From the NCBI GenBank assembly GCA_012295275.1, contig CM022668.1:496001-560000 (forward strand): 64,000 nucleotides of DNA, given 5' to 3'. Shown one piece after another: positions 50,364 through 63,600 of the stretch (the first letter of the stretch is position 1; each line of letters begins with the position of its first letter). The DNA comes from Chrysomallon squamiferum. Its lineage: Eukaryota; Animalia; Mollusca. The position numbers were made by a program, and so were the translations under genes. The notes under the pieces were generated by a model. It had not been told where the DNA came from. It saw only the letters and a program-made list of their open reading frames with translations, and searched no databases.

Positions 50364-52300
50364 GGTATAAACCAAAAACAAATGAAGTGTTCTGTTTTGT
50401 TTTTCAGCCCAGAAAAGCAGTTTGATGACAAAAATTCAGAAGACATTTTTCTTAAACGAACAGAAGGTGATGGCCATGAAGATCCAGACAGTATGTTTTA
50501 CCTATGATCTTAATATTTATACATTGACCTTTTGTTTCAAATATTGACCTTTCACCTCAATATTGTAAACTCTGACCTTACTTTTAATCATAGACAAATG
50601 ATCACATTTCTGTGAACATAACTTCTGATATCCATGAACTTTGACATCCATATTTTAAATATTGACCTTTTCTTCATATTTTTTACTCTCACAGTCATGA
50701 CAAATGACCACTGGTTGTATAAAACAATTATAAAATTATTTAAACATGCCTATACGTACAGTTTGAATAATACCTGCTAAATAACATTTTTATCAACCTT
50801 TTGGTTTATATCAAAGAATGATTTTTTATAGCAAGTTGTACCTGCTGGGCTATCTTCATATTACTTTTGTTGAGTGGCTACTTACAATGTTACATTGCTC
50901 ATTTAATTATGTTTGTCTGTTTCTTGATTTATAGTTTTTAAGAATACAAATTTCTTTAATAATTAAATAGCCCATTTATCTGGCCCAAAGGTGGCCCATA
51001 TCTATAATAATCTGCATTAAATATATTTCCTTAACATTTCATGACTTCCAGACTAAAAAAATATAAAAAATCCTTTATAAAGTTATTTTCTTATTGTTAA
51101 ATCACTTACAGAATAAACAAATTAAGATGTTTTCTTGATGTATAGCCTTCCAGTGTGATTTCGGTTCAAAGGATGACTTTGTTGAGGTGCCAGGTTTATC
51201 AGACACAGATGAAGGCAGCAGCGATGATGAGGGCTACGAGGGCTTTGATGCCAGGAAAAAGACACGAGTGAAGTTCAGTAAACAACCAATCAAGGTGTGT
51301 TGCTGTTGTAATCATTGTAATGATGTGGTGTTGATTTAAAGAGTATGCTGTTTTCAGCAGTATAAGTCAAATAAATAGAAATATGTTGGCATATAGTGTA
51401 AGATGTAAACACTGTAATCTTGATGGAAACATTAGAATCTTTATGTAAACTCTATTATGTCGGTGTAGTTGATTTAACCAGTATACTGTTAGTGGTAAAT
51501 CTTATGTTGATGTAAACAGTGATGTTACGGTAAACCTTGATATACAGGTTATACCAGCATTGTCAGTAAGGTGCATAATATTTTAAACATTACAGTGGTT
51601 GTAATAAGTGTGATGTAGTCAGTCTAGATGTTCATGTAAACAGATATGTTTAGGTAAAGCCAGTGTTGATGTAAACAGTGATAATGATATAAACAATTAT
51701 ATTGTGATAAACTGTCAGGTAAATAGCATGATATTTTTAAACATAGATGGGGATGTAAACAGGGTGATGTGAATGTAAATGGTGATGTAGTAAACCTTTT
51801 TCATGATGTCAACACTGATATTAATGTAAACAAAATCATGTGGTTAACTTTATGTAAACAATGGTGTTTTTAAACACTGATATTGCTGTAAACATTATGT
51901 TATGGTAAACATTGAGTTCCAACATTTTTAAACATTAATGTTGAATTAATGGTGATGTTGACATAAACTGTATCATGTTAATATAAATTGAGTTTATGTG
52001 GTTTAACTGAATAATGTATGTAAAAAACTTCCATGATAAAATAACATCTATTTACTTTTATGTGATGTTTTATTATTTGTAATAAAAATGTATGATGTTG
52101 TATTTTGACAGGTATTTGCCACATATTCAACAGATGATTATGACAGACGCAATGAAGACATTGATCCAGTTGCAGCATCGGCAGAGTATGAACTGGAAAA
52201 GCGTGTTGAGAAAATGGATCTCTTTGAAACAGATATTGAAAAAGGTTTGAAAATGTCATCTTTCTTCTTATATACTGAATTCTTTATATGGCTTATTTAG

Positions 52301-52357
<57 letters not shown>

Positions 52358-54637
52358 CTTTTTTTGAAAGGTAATTGAATTTTTATAATTTATACTAGGC
52401 TAGTAGTTATAATTTATTGTGTGTGTGTAGCAAAGTTATACTTGTGGTTATATATAAGTTTATGTTCCTGAAAATTGATGAAATATCAATGTTGTATTGC
52501 CATGGTAACCATGTTTGTTTATTACCCAGGGTCAACTGGTCTTGGTCTCAGTATTATAGGAATGGGTGTAGGTGCTGATGCAGGACTAGAAAAACTTGGA
52601 ATCTTTATCAAAACCCTCACAGAGGGAGGAGCAGCCCAGAAAGATGGCAGGTTATTATCACAGCTAATTTCCTATTCCAATTAGCTTTAATATTTATTTA
52701 TTTATTTATTTTTATTAATGAAAGTCAGATTATTGTTTTATGTTTCCACCATTTCTTGTACTTGTTCATTCATAGATATTATTTTCCCATTCCAGCTGGG
52801 TTGTAACTACTCTTCTGATCATTATGTATATTTGCAGTATATTTTTGAGCAAACATAAGTTTATATATATATATATATAATGTGAGATGAGAAACTGATA
52901 TATAGTATTATAACAGATGGTTAACTGGGACACCAACTTTATTAGTTTATTCAGAATACATGAATTTATATTCATTTCTGCTGTATTCTGCACTTAGAAC
53001 AGAATTGTCCAGTTTGCATAATAAACTTGAAAAATGCAATGTAGGTATTATTTACAGCTTTATTTAAAAATTAAAAATTAAATATATTTTTATTGAGTCG
53101 GTAAGATTATCCTATTAAACTTGATTAATAATTTGTTTATTTTTCTTTAAGAAATAATGAAGTAAAAATGTTTTATTTGCATTCATTTTATAATGAAAGT
53201 ATGTTGTTTCTTTACTTCTTATGTGACTGTGTCTTCTAAGATATAACTCTTATAAAAGTTAATAGGAAATAATTATTATTATTAAAATACTACTACTACT
53301 ACTACTATCATTAATAATAACACCACCATCACCACTACTAATAGTTTTATTATTATTATTATACCACTGCTACCATTAACATCATTAATACTATTCTAAA
53401 CATCATGAAAATTAATATTAATGTCATTGTTGCATTGTTATTATTGAACTCTTGCATAGTTTAAATTAATAATTATCATTACAGAATGCAGGTGAATGAT
53501 CAGATAATTGAGGTGGATGGTAAAAGTCTGGTAGGAGTAACCCAAGCATATGCAGCCTCTGTTTTACGCAACACAAGTGGACATGTGAGGTAAAAAAAAA
53601 AAAATTGTAATAATAATATTATTAAAATAAAAAAGTATACATCAATAATAATGTAAATAAAATAAAAACAAATATAATGAAAAAATAAATTACAAAAATA
53701 TTTTTATTTACTGTATTATAATTTTTTGTTAGTTTTATTGTTATCTTGATTTACAGTTAATGACAATTTCATTATTTTGCTCAGTTTTGATTAATTTATG
53801 CCTTGGTTTATGTGATCATTCAAAAGCACATTTTTTTCATGGTTTATGAATTAAATTGTTTGTATTAGATATGGTATTATGAATTATGTAATTTTCAAAC
53901 CATAAATGACTGTCAGTTCTACCTTTTGCCTTTTTCTGAGAACGTGTCAGAACTGTTTTCTAAATTACTATGCTGACATTTGCTTAACAGTTCTGCAAAA
54001 TGTTCTTACCTAATCTATATGCCACATTCCTCTTGCCACTGTATGATGAAACATTTGACATTCAAGCTATGATTAGTGAAATTTTGCTATTTTTATTTGA
54101 TCACTTTCTCATTATTTTATACCCATTCAGTTTCATACCATGCTCAATTTTGTTTCAAGGTTTTTGATTGGTCGAGAGAAAGACCCCACTAAAAGTGAGG
54201 TGGCTCGATTAATTCAGCAATCACTGGAACAGGATCGCCGTAGAGATGAACTCCGCAGACAAGAACAAGACCGTCTCCGACTAGTTCAGGAACAGAAACT
54301 GCCAAAGGATGAAGTCCTTGAAATTGAACATGCAGAGCATGTGGAATCTTTTGTACGACAATTTAACTCAGAAAACACTGAAAAGGTTACCACCACCCTT
54401 GCCTAACTTGCATTGCTTTTTAACACCATCTTCAGTAGAAATGTTTTATTTATTTTTAATTGTATATAATTGTATTATTGCTTAAATTAAAATTATTTTT
54501 AAAAAATGAATTAAATATTCAAAGAATTTTTAAATTTTGGGTTTAAAATTGATGTAATAGATTGTCCCAAATACAACTGAGAATTCACATGTATGAAATA
54601 AGAAATTACTTCAATGATAATATTGTTAATAATAATT

Positions 54638-54691
<54 letters not shown>

Positions 54692-57600
54692 AGCAGGAAG
54701 CACAAAACTATAAAATATTTGTCTAACATCTTCATAATATAATTAATTTTTATTTAATGGTGTTGCACATTAAAATTATGAACATATTGTCACATTAAAT
54801 GTCCTTCTTTCCTTTTTCAGTCATATGTTTGTTATAAATAATTATTCCCATTTCCTTATTTGGGTAATATTAATTGAATACTTTACTTTCTGTTCTCCAT
54901 CCTGTAGTTTATTTTTATTTTTATTACAGCTGATTAATATTTTTTGTTTAATTACAGTCTGTCACTTTTGTTTTATTATTCCAGTTTTGCAGAAAACCAT
55001 TTCCTTTAAATATTAACTGATAAATTAGACACTTTCCTTGCCTTTGGTTAGTCACCTTTAGTTCATGACAGAACACTTGCATTGCTTGTGCTGCTTTTAT
55101 TTTTACCTTTGTTAAAAAGTCATTTTCTGTTTTACTATGCGTCTGTTTCTTCCCTCATTTTTGTCAGGTTTTTCTTTTTCAGTTCTTTCTTGCTGTCACT
55201 TACACATTGCACACTCTTTTCCCTTTCTCTCTTGCATTTTCTCTCTCATTCTTACATGCTGTCTTTCTCCCAACTCCTTCCTTATCTTTCTTTCTTTTCT
55301 TTTCCTGTCATTCTTCTTCTCACCTATATGTATATTACAAGAATTAATAATTATAGGTAATGGAGGAACAGATTCATCATGAAGCAACGTCGCTAGACAT
55401 GGTGGAAGAAGGTCCTGAGGCAGAGGAGAAAACTCCATTATCAGGTCACTCAGTTGAGGTCAGTTCTCCAAGTTCAGTGGAAGGTGAAGGTCAAGAGAAG
55501 CCAGAGATTGAGGTGCTAGATTTGGCAGATAGCAGCAGTGAGTCCATATCACCAGATATGGAATCACAAACACTGCTCATCAAACTGAAAGAAGTGAGTG
55601 TTTTTGCCTTCAGATTTCTACAACAAAGATACCTTAAACAAAGTCACACTATTCTACAATTTCATTGCTGTGAATACTGCTTTCCAAATTCATGTTAGTT
55701 AATTACTTCATTGCCTGGAATTAATAAAATAACTAAAGACACAATCAGCAGACTTTCATTATTATTATTATTATTTACAGTAAATGAACATTTTGAGTTA
55801 AAAGATGTGAATTTTCGTTTGACAACTATGGTGAAAAATAACCTTTATTTTCAGATAGCTAATGGTTTTTATCTAATAAATTTCACAAGTGATGAAAATT
55901 ATTATATTACAGCATTTGAATTTTTTTTTTATTAATTTATTTTTATTATTTTTTTAATAGAAAAAACAGTTGTGGTCAAATTTTGTGAATAATGAACATA
56001 TATTTTGATTTATGAATGTAAAGGTAAAACATCTACAAATTTTGATATGGTTATAAATTCTGATGATTTGTCTTGGAAAGGTAATATCTTAGAATATCAT
56101 TTAATTTTTTTTTTTATATATATTTTTAGACTCATTACAAGAATGCTTTGGCTGAAGCAGAATTGGCAAAGTTAAAAGCAAAGGTAAAAAATAGTATTTT
56201 TGTTCATGTGTTTGAAATAAGAAAGAGAAGGAGATAGAACTAGAGAGAAAGAACAAGCAAAAGTTAGAGAATGAGGAAAGAGGGAATGGAAGAAATTGAA
56301 GAAGACAAAGATAAGGATGATGAAAGAGCACTGTGTAGTTTGATATTTTTTAATTGTAGATAATATTGTTGGAGAGCACAGAGGGACAGAAAAAACAGCT
56401 AGAGAAAAGATGTGAGGAACTAACAACAAGACTTAAAGAAACTGAGAAAACACTGGAGTTGACTAGAAAAGAATTAGCACACTATCAGGTACATATATGT
56501 TAATAACAAGACTTAATGAAATATAGTTATTCATTAATATATATCATTAGTTCACTATTTTTTATAATTCTCATTCTAATTTAAACTTGACTTGTGTTTG
56601 TGGTGTGTACTGAGCTGTAAAGAATTGCTGTTATTTCAGGATTTGATGGAAGGATCACAAGGTCAGTATATCATGTTGGAGAAGAAGATCAAAGCTGATT
56701 TTTCTGCTTTAGAGAAGAAATACCATAAAGCCAAGAAACTTATCAAGGATTATCAGGGCAGGTGAGAGGATTAAAGCAAGTCCTGTAGGATAAAATTGTT
56801 CTTCAAAGATTGAAACAGCTTATGCAGGACAAAAAAATTTAAAAATTAAATGAGAATTGAAAAAAAAAAAAAAAAAAAGAAGTAGAAAAAGAAAGAAAAG
56901 ATTATAGTTATAAATAAAATAATTGACACAAATACAAAATAGGTAGAATTAAATTTAAAAAATCTGTTTAAACATGATGAAATTAAAAGAAATGAAAGAA
57001 ATCCTTTATGGGTTGTAATGAATCCCGTGTAAAGTATAATGACCGATAAAACAATTAACACATAATCCAGTGGAATAGAAAAATATGTTAAATAGCAGTC
57101 TCAAATAAAATAGTTAGGACCTCCATAAAAGTTCCAGAATTTAAGTATTAATTGTTTAAAATGTGACAGTGCATAAAAAAACTTAGAATTTAAATTTCTC
57201 TGTTTATTCTATTATTTTGTTAATTTATTTTGTTAATTTATTTTGTTATTAGTATTTTTAAATAATGTGTTTTCAGAGAAAAAGATTTCATTCAGGAAAG
57301 AGAGTCATTGCTACAGCAACAGTCAGAGAAAGATCAACAGTACAATGCACTAGTCAAGTCACTTAAAGACAGGGTCAGTTTTAAAATCTAATCAACTCTG
57401 TCTGTATACTGATCTTAGTCATCTTATAGTATTGATAAAATAATAAAGACATGTATGAATTTTACTTTAAAATATTTATTTTTGATAATTTAATTTCAGT
57501 TGTATACAGAAAAGGTTTAACAAATAGTTTTTTCTTCTAATTTTTTAACTATTTTTCAAATTATATATATATCTAATTATATGTATATCTTTTCAAATTA

Positions 57601-60600
57601 ATATATTGTTTTCATTTATATCCTTAAAGTACTGAGTGTTGGTTGAATTTCTATTTAAAAATAGATTTTATTGTTATCTGAAGTTAATTTAGATTATTAT
57701 TTTTTTTTTTTAAATTCTTATGTTATCTTTAACTGGTGTGTGTCATAAATTAAATTAAACAGTTCTGTAATTTCATTATAAAATAAGGTTTTTTTATTTT
57801 TATTGTATGTATAACAACAAAAAATCCTTTATGTTTGTGTGTATGAATGTGTGTATATATATTTGTTTTTTGTTGTTGTTTTTTTTTTGTAGATATTTCA
57901 GTTAGAGAAAGATTTGGTGGAGACACAGAAAGCAGCTGGTTTACCTGTGTCTGTATCTAATAATTCGACTCACAAAGATGAGATTCTATTAACTTCCACC
58001 TCTGTCACTCTTGTTCAGTCAGTGACAAATGGCCATGGTAAGGGAGATGATTCAGATTTGAAAAGGAGATAATTCTGATTTAATACTTTATAGTAACAAA
58101 TAATTTTTGTCAGATATGTAATACTTAACTTTGGTACAGAAGAGTAATACCAGGAGAGTTTAGACAGTGAAATAACTGATTATAAACTAATACTATATTA
58201 TCCAAGTAAAGGAGAAATATTGTAATACAACTGATAAAACATGGCAAATATAAATTAATCATACGGTTGAAGAAGTAAATCGAATGTTATAAAAGGGGGT
58301 AAAAATAAGTATTAAATCTAATAAAATCTTTTGAAAAGAAATAAAGTATTCCCAGAAATATTGCATTGAAAATAAAATTAACAGAGTTTATATTTGTTTA
58401 TTTACCAAAACAATAATTAGTAGAAATGGAGATGATTTTGCAACTGTAATGTTCACATGCAGTAACTTAAACATTTTTATTTCAGACAATTCTTTGTCTC
58501 CAATAAATCGGTCGACAGATCATTTATCAGAGACTTCATCAACTTCAGAACATTCTGAAGTTACTGCAGCTCCTGGTAAATTTCATTTTTTATTAATAAA
58601 AAGTAAACAGAAACTAATTTTTATAGTACTAAAATATCTGCAGTAGTTATTTATAAAAAAAATAAAATAATAATAACGTTACTTTTTAATACTATAACAG
58701 TTTTTAACATTTTAACCAATCTAGAGACTGATTTTAGTAAACCCATGCTGGCTGAGGCATGTTTGGTCACAGAATCTGTATTACTTACTGCAACAATTCC
58801 TCATTTTTTTCTTACAGTTTATTTATTATGTTTTCTTTCTGAGTAATGGGAAGATGAAAATAGAACATTCTTGGCTTCTAACTGATAAAGTCACTAGCAA
58901 GAAAATTTATTAGTAGTACTTCACAAAATGAACACTGATCACAAATTAATTTCTCTTTTCTTTTATTATTTTCATTAATTTTTAAGTTTAGATATTTTAA
59001 TATATATGTTTGAGTAATTCTTGATTAAAAGAGAAAAGAAGTTATTTCTGGTTTGTTTGGTTGTAGATATAATTCATGATATTGATGAAAGTCGCATATC
59101 TCATGCTGATGGCATCCACAACAAGGACTTTGGTGAGGTCCCAACCACTCAGCTGCTTGATACATCAGCAAACAAGATGAGAGCACAGCTTGCCAGCAGC
59201 ATGGGTCCACGTCGGCCTCCAACAAAACGAAGCAAAGTAAAACCAGTTTTCATATCGTTAAAATAACTTGCTACTACTTCTACACTGTTGTTGTTGTTGT
59301 TGTTTTTATAATATTATTATTGTTATTCATGTTGCAGTCAGCAGAAATTGAGATAGATCAGATTGTCAGAGAGAGTTTAAAACAAGAAGGAGAAAGTGGT
59401 TTGGAAACCTGGATCAAACATGACAGGTAACACTGATTCTTATTGATCAGAAATCTTTATTAACCAATCTGGAATATGTGTTGCGTCTTGTTTAGTTTGA
59501 GAAATTGTTTGTATTTTAACAGGATTCGTTAAATTATATTTTACCTAATATATGTGACTGTGCCATTAATAATTATAAATTTGTGAGGTAAAATATAAAT
59601 TTTAAATATTCTTTTTTCTTTTCATTATAAATAAGATGAAACAGCTGTTTTTGAAATCATTGAAATGAAGGTTGTGGTAAATATCTGCTATAATACTACT
59701 GACAATGACAATCCTAAAGCTATGGAAAACTTTAGAGCAAGTTACACCTGCATAGTTTCTGAATAATTTACGAAAAATACATATAAAATACAAATAAAAT
59801 AAAAAACAAAACAGGATATAAAAAAAATAACATTTTAATAAATTTTGTGTTAATAAATGTAACATAAAGTACAAGCTGTAGCAGTATCTGTCAGAAGGAA
59901 ACATGTTTTATTATTTTATGTAACTTGTGATTTTGTTTATTAATAACAGTTATTAATTGATTGAGGCTTTTGTGTAGAGGAAATAACATGTTACAATTTT
60001 ATGTAATGTCTGACTTGGATTATTAATCACGTGGGCCCAGCCTGGTCAGTTAGCTAAGAGTCACTGCACTTGGTATTCACTCAGCTATAATGGGAGTGTG
60101 AAATTATGCTGTACTCTGCGTAACTGCATTCTACTGAAACATTCAGTATATTTTTAAATAATGAAACCTGATAAAACATGGCCATGAAATTATTGTGATC
60201 ATTTAAAAGCACTTTTTCCATGGTCTATGTATGAAATTGTTTGTATTGGATCTGGTATTATGAATCAAGTAATTTTCAAACTATAAATGACTGTCAGTTC
60301 CACCTTTTGCCTTTTTCTGAGAACAAGTCAGAACTTTTTTTTTCAGTAATACCATGATGAAATTTGCATAACAATTCTGCAAAATGTTTGTACCCAACAG
60401 TATGCCATATTCCCCTAGCCACTGCATGATGAAACACTTGAAATTCAAGCTGTGATTCAGACATTCCAATGGCAAGCCTGTGAGAGTGCATTCATCAAAG
60501 GGAAATCTGCACCTATTGACTTCATATGCCAGACAGAATGTAACTACATCATAACTTGGGAAATATGAAATTTCTTGCATCAGCCATGTGATAATAATTA

Positions 60601-63600
60601 CTAAATGCATATATGAGGATGTTGCAAAACATGGCCTGAATTTTCTTGCAAGAATACTACTCATATAATTTGGTAAATGTTTTGTTCCTGGAAATGAATC
60701 TTTATCAACATCCACTCCTGCAGCCATCAAATAGCTTGGACCTAATCAGCATCAATCCAAAACCAAAATGCAGCAGCATTGGTCAACCGACCAGGTTATC
60801 GCGTCAGACCAATTCTTGGACATCATTTCTGGCTCCATTTCAAGGACAATGAAGAACTGGAGGAGGGTGGAACTTACAGGGATATACAAATTATGTCTAA
60901 TCCTGTATCATATCACCATACTCTGTTGAAAAGATCAGAATACACACAAAGCCAGAACATCAAAGCAGACCAGAACCTCTTGAAATTCCATCAATATTTT
61001 CCACTGAAAAGGTCCAGTTTTGGCTGAGATGGTATTGGATTGACATATGAATTTCATAAAAATACTTGAAATCCCATAATACCGACATCCCAGAAGATGG
61101 TACTTGACCTAACTGTTCATCTCAACAGACTTGGCTTTACTTTGGCTTTGGATACAAAACAAAGCCTGTGGCTGTGCTAGACCAACTCCCCATATGTAGT
61201 CAGCCAGCCAGGAACAAAATGTGAAATTGTACAAAATATGTATTAACTTTTTTATATTTATGGACTGTACACTTGTGAATGTGTACTTGAGCAAGCTTGC
61301 CCCAACACAACAATCAAACTTCACATACTTCCATCTTTCCTTTGTCTGTGACACCAGCACTTATCCACAGAGACAGTGAATCAGGCCATATTGAAAGATT
61401 AGCCTGCTTGACCAAGTGCCATTTTCTGGTAGTTTTTCCATGCCGCATCTGCAACATCTGCTACAGGAGCAGAACACAAAGGAATACAAATTTCCATTGC
61501 AAGTATTGTAACATTTCACAGACTAATGTTTTCAACAGAACATACAGCTATGCATGGTATAGGATGATTTCACACACCCACTATAGTTATCAAAATGCAT
61601 AGCTAACCAGCACAGTGACTCTCGCTCAGTGATAACGGATATGACAGTATAAAATCATCTGTCCCTCTTACAAATTTCATCCACAAAAATAAAAATTTTG
61701 AAACCTAATGAAAATATATTAATCAGTGAAAAAACCCAGTTGTTCTCATCACTCAGCTGTTGAGTCAACCAACTGAGAAGCAAACAACGTCATCAGTCAG
61801 ATGCCGATTGACCTGGATCCAAGTGGTTAATAATAGTTAACATAGATTGGTTGAGGTTTTAGTGTCGAGATAGATAACTTTCTTAATTTTTATGTAATTG
61901 GCAAGAATAATTTATTTTCTTGTTTTATAAATTAATCAAATTTAATTATAAAATATTCTAAGATGTTAAATTAGAGAAAATGTGTTTTACTGTTATATAA
62001 CTGAGGAGTGTCATTTATTTTCCTGCTTGCTAGACTGCCAGCTTTCATGCTAGTGTAAGTAAAATGTCCTTTAAACAGAGGTTGTAATTATGCACAGTGG
62101 TCACTTTTCACAGTTTCTGTATAATTTAAAATGGCCGTTATGAATTCAAACATTCCTTTGTGAAGGCAAGAGAAAAATAAATGACATTTATCTTTAATTT
62201 GTTTATTTGCTAATTCATTCATTTATTTTATTAAGTTTGTTTCTTTATTATATTTTTAATTTATTTTTATTTGTCCATTCATTCACTTTATTTCTTTATT
62301 TAATTTTGTATGTGTGCGTGCATGAATGCATGTGCACACGTGTGTTGTGTGTGTGTGTTTTTTTGTATGTTTGTTTGTTGTTTTTGAATTCCTATTGTTT
62401 TGGGTATATACATTCTTTGATTGGTTTTTGTTAGTCCTGACATGAGGTGTATCACAAACTATCTGTTTGTTAACAAGGCTAAAATAAGAGGAACTGAAAA
62501 CTTGTGAAAACTGACCCATGTATTTTTTATTTAAAAAAAACAAACAACAAAACAACTTATCACTGTATGCATGGCTTATTTATTGTTTTTGTGAACAGTG
62601 ATTAGATTTTGAGGTTATTTGATTAAAAGATACTGCCTCATGCTTAAAGAAAAAAGATTAAATTTATTATCATAAATATATATTGTATAGGTACATCTTG
62701 ATCAGCAGATAAGAGGGTGAGCAATATAAATAGAGAGAGAGAGAGAGAGACTGACAAAGAAAAAGCAAAATAAAGAGAAATAGATTAAGTAGAGAGAGAG
62801 AGAAAAAACGTTAGAGAGAAAAAAGAGATCTTTTGTGAATTAATCTCTGCTTTATTTATTTACTTGTATATATAAAAGCTTTTTTTTTGGTAAGATTAGT
62901 GAAACTGCACATATAATTGAAGTATGTTTGCATACACTTGATACAAATTTAGTTCTGCTTTCAGAGTTTTTTTTATCTATTCTCTTCTGAATATATGTAT
63001 CTCATAAATTATAGAAATTTTATTATGCAAGAAATTATGTTTCATCAAAGCATGTTTTTGTTTGATAATCTTAATCCTTCCTTTCTTTTAAAAAAAAAAT
63101 AATGGTGGAAACCAGGGTATAAATACATGTAAAAAGGAAAGATAGATGCAAAGTCAGCTAAATGTAAACAAACAAGCAAAAAATATTTCTTTTGTAAATG
63201 TTTTTCTTACATAAAACTTTACAAAGTTTATTGGGATATGATCATCTTACTGTTAATATTATACCTATTTTTATTGATTGTAATTAATTTATTTGTGTAT
63301 TTATGACTTTCTGGTTTAAATATTATAAACAATAATATTTTTCTAATTTCAGTGACAGTACAGTTAGGAAGAGTGATGCTAAGAAGAGAAAAGGTCAACA
63401 AACAGCTGATGCCCAGAACCCCCCCTGTCTTCCCACAGCAGCCTCACAGATATCAGCATCCTCGGGACCATCATCTGTTGCTGAGAGTGATACAGTGTCC
63501 GATCAGTCAACACAGTCTCGGTAACAAGACATATACTACAGCTTCATTACAACATTGTTTTGTTCTCACATTTCATCTGTCCATTACTGCAGCCAGCATA

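Noticed and set aside
51320-51975. GATGTAAAC repeats as a CRISPR-like array or a Forkhead-site cluster
   Set aside because: Units are degenerate with irregular spacing and no unique spacers; an old minisatellite is the simpler explanation
60281-60730. 149-aa minus-strand ORF
   Set aside because: Antisense to the decayed piggyBac, whose recognisable motifs are on the + strand; no known motif
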